From Flavobacteriales bacterium (GTDB lineage: Bacteria; Bacteroidota; Bacteroidia; Flavobacteriales_F; PHOS-HE28), in the NCBI GenBank assembly GCA_046596155.1, contig JBKJNF010000254.1:1-37193 (forward strand): DNA of 37,193 nt, written 5' to 3'. A program made the translations under genes and the position numbers. Positions within the stretch are counted from its first letter, which is position 1, and each line of letters starts with the position of its first letter. A model generated the notes under the pieces. That model saw only the letters and a list, made by a program, of their open reading frames with translations, was not told the origin of the DNA and did not search any database. Shown in pieces: positions 35,689-37,193 of the stretch.

Positions 35689-37193
35689 CCACATTCCTCA
35701 CTCTGCACTTCAGACCAGCACTGTGGCTGTCGGTCATCCTACTTGCTTCCCTACCCTCGCGCGTTTTCGCGCAGTGTCCGAATGATAATACATTGCAGGG
35801 GTCCGCATTGACGATCCCCTGTCCGGGCAGTTACAGCCCAATACCCTGTGTGCGCGGCGGGCGGTATCTGTTGGTCAACGTTTCCAACAGCCGCACCTAC
35901 ACCTTCGCCACCTGCGGCTCGGTCAATTACGATACATACATCACCCTGCTGAATAATTCAGGTGGTGCAGTGCTGGCCTTCAACGACGATGCCTGCGGAA
36001 CACAATCGTCCATCACGTGGACCGCCACGTTCACTGGACAGGTGCGCGTTCTGTTGGACCAGAGCGCCAGCTGTAACTCCACCACGAATTGCATCGCGGT
36101 GAACATCTCGTGCAATACCACAGCACCCATCAACGACCTGATCTGCAACGCTACGTCCCTGCCTGTCAACACGTCCTGTATCAATCTATCACCAAGCCCT
36201 ACCAACGTGGTGGCCACCAACACACCGGGCCCTCCTGCTCCAGGGTGTGCCAGTTATGTTGGAGGGGATATTTGGTTCAGTCTAACAGTTCCTGCGGGTG
36301 GCAACGTCACGATCACGACCAAGAGCATCAACTCAAGCGCTTTCCGTGACGCAGGCATGGCGGCTTATACATCCAGCGATAATACCTGCACCGGTACCCT
36401 CTCCTTGGTATCCTGCAACAATGACATCAATTTCCCTTTCAACCAGATGTCCTCACTTGCCCTTACCGGGCTCACGGTAGGCAACACGCTTTTCGTGCGC
36501 GTATGGGAGGCCGGAAATGATCTGTTCGGGCGCTTCAGTATCTGTGCCTTTATAACGCCACCACTTCCCGATAGCCCCTGCCTGGCGATCGCCGTACCCG
36601 TGAATTCCTCTTGCGATGGACAGAGTTTCACCAACGTGGGTGCTACCACCACGAACCCTCCTGCGGCTCCCACCTGTGGGTCGTTCGCGGGTGCCAAGGA
36701 CATTTGGTTCTCGTTCGTCGCCCCGGCGAACGGCAGCGTTGTCATCCAAACTGACAAAGGCACGATGACCGATGGGGTCATGGCCCTATACTCTTCCAGC
36801 ACCGGCCTTTGTGCTGGTGTGCTTACCCAGATCGCCTGTGATGATGATGCTGGTGCAGGCCTCATGCCTTATCTCTATCGCACCGGACTCACCCCGGGTA
36901 CCACGTATTGGATCCGCATCTTTGGTTACGGTGGCAGTTCCGGCACCTTTCTTTTATGCGTCTTTTCTCCGACCGGCACACGATTGGAAGATTGTAAGGG
37001 AGGTACCACGGTATGCGACGATCAGCATGTCGAGAATTCATCGCTTTTCACTGGTTTTGTTGCCGACCTTTCAGCTACGAACTTCGGCTGCCTTGCGAGT
37101 GCGGAGAGGCAGGGCACTTGGTACGCCTTCTCCATTGGCACCGGGGGTAATGTTGGGTTCACCCTATCGCCGTTAGCGCTGGATGATTATGAC
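35685..37193 (+). CDS. Cys-rich modular secreted protein, cassette 2 (3' truncated paralogue of 32711-35008)
   Basis: Absent from the ORF track because it has no stop in the window. Manual translation is open for 503 codons: MTTFLTLHFRPALWLSVILLASLPSRVFA-QCPNDNTLQG...YTFATC...NDDACG...DIWFS (twice)...EDCKGG...RQGTWYAF...DDYD. Confidence 0.88.
   Translation, partial: MTTFLTLHFRPALWLSVILLASLPSRVFAQCPNDNTLQGSALTIPCPGSYSPIPCVRGGRYLLVNVSNSRTYTFATCGSVNYDTYITLLNNSGGAVLAFNDDACGTQSSITWTATFTGQVRVLLDQSASCNSTTNCIAVNISCNTTAPINDLICNATSLPVNTSCINLSPSPTNVVATNTPGPPAPGCASYVGGDIWFSLTVPAGGNVTITTKSINSSAFRDAGMAAYTSSDNTCTGTLSLVSCNNDINFPFNQMSSLALTGLTVGNTLFVRVWEAGNDLFGRFSICAFITPPLPDSPCLAIAVPVNSSCDGQSFTNVGATTTNPPAAPTCGSFAGAKDIWFSFVAPANGSVVIQTDKGTMTDGVMALYSSSTGLCAGVLTQIACDDDAGAGLMPYLYRTGLTPGTTYWIRIFGYGGSSGTFLLCVFSPTGTRLEDCKGGTTVCDDQHVENSSLFTGFVADLSATNFGCLASAERQGTWYAFSIGTGGNVGFTLSPLALDDYD

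Noticed and set aside
35927-37176. Several short ORFs listed at the window end
   Set aside because: All are alternative frames of the single open 35685->37193 CDS.

Overview
Gene-dense, GC-rich chromosomal segment, most likely from a Bacteroidota bacterium (Flavobacteriales-like). The assignment rests on type IX secretion (T9SS) C-terminal domains, signal peptides followed by Gln, TAnnTTyG-like -7 promoter motifs and no obvious Shine-Dalgarno sites. I support 24 CDSs, two of them truncated by the window edges; the last one is missing from the supplied ORF track. Housekeeping and metabolic genes include ettA, murQ, an MnmD-like methyltransferase, a NUDIX hydrolase, a GlcD-like FAD oxidase, an aminotransferase, and MATE, MFS and TMEM175 membrane proteins. 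There is also a DPP-IV plus three-POT peptide uptake cluster and several large secreted proteins. I found no rRNA, tRNA, CRISPR array or mobile element. The strongest leads are: (1) a tandemly duplicated two-gene cassette with overlapping reading frames, pairing a small exported HMA-like protein that has a YxxxKxxWxxxHP tail with a domain-shuffled Cys-rich T9SS cargo; (2) a CarH/LitR-type B12 photoreceptor regulator next to a triple-repeat DUF4397-like T9SS protein with a candidate operator and no carotenoid genes nearby; (3) an exported deiodinase-like protein whose catalytic Sec/Cys is replaced by Asn; (4) a POT paralogue with a rewired gate and a periplasmic insertion; (5) a highly structured intergenic segment between two terminators. 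All family calls come from motif recognition by eye; no searches were run.
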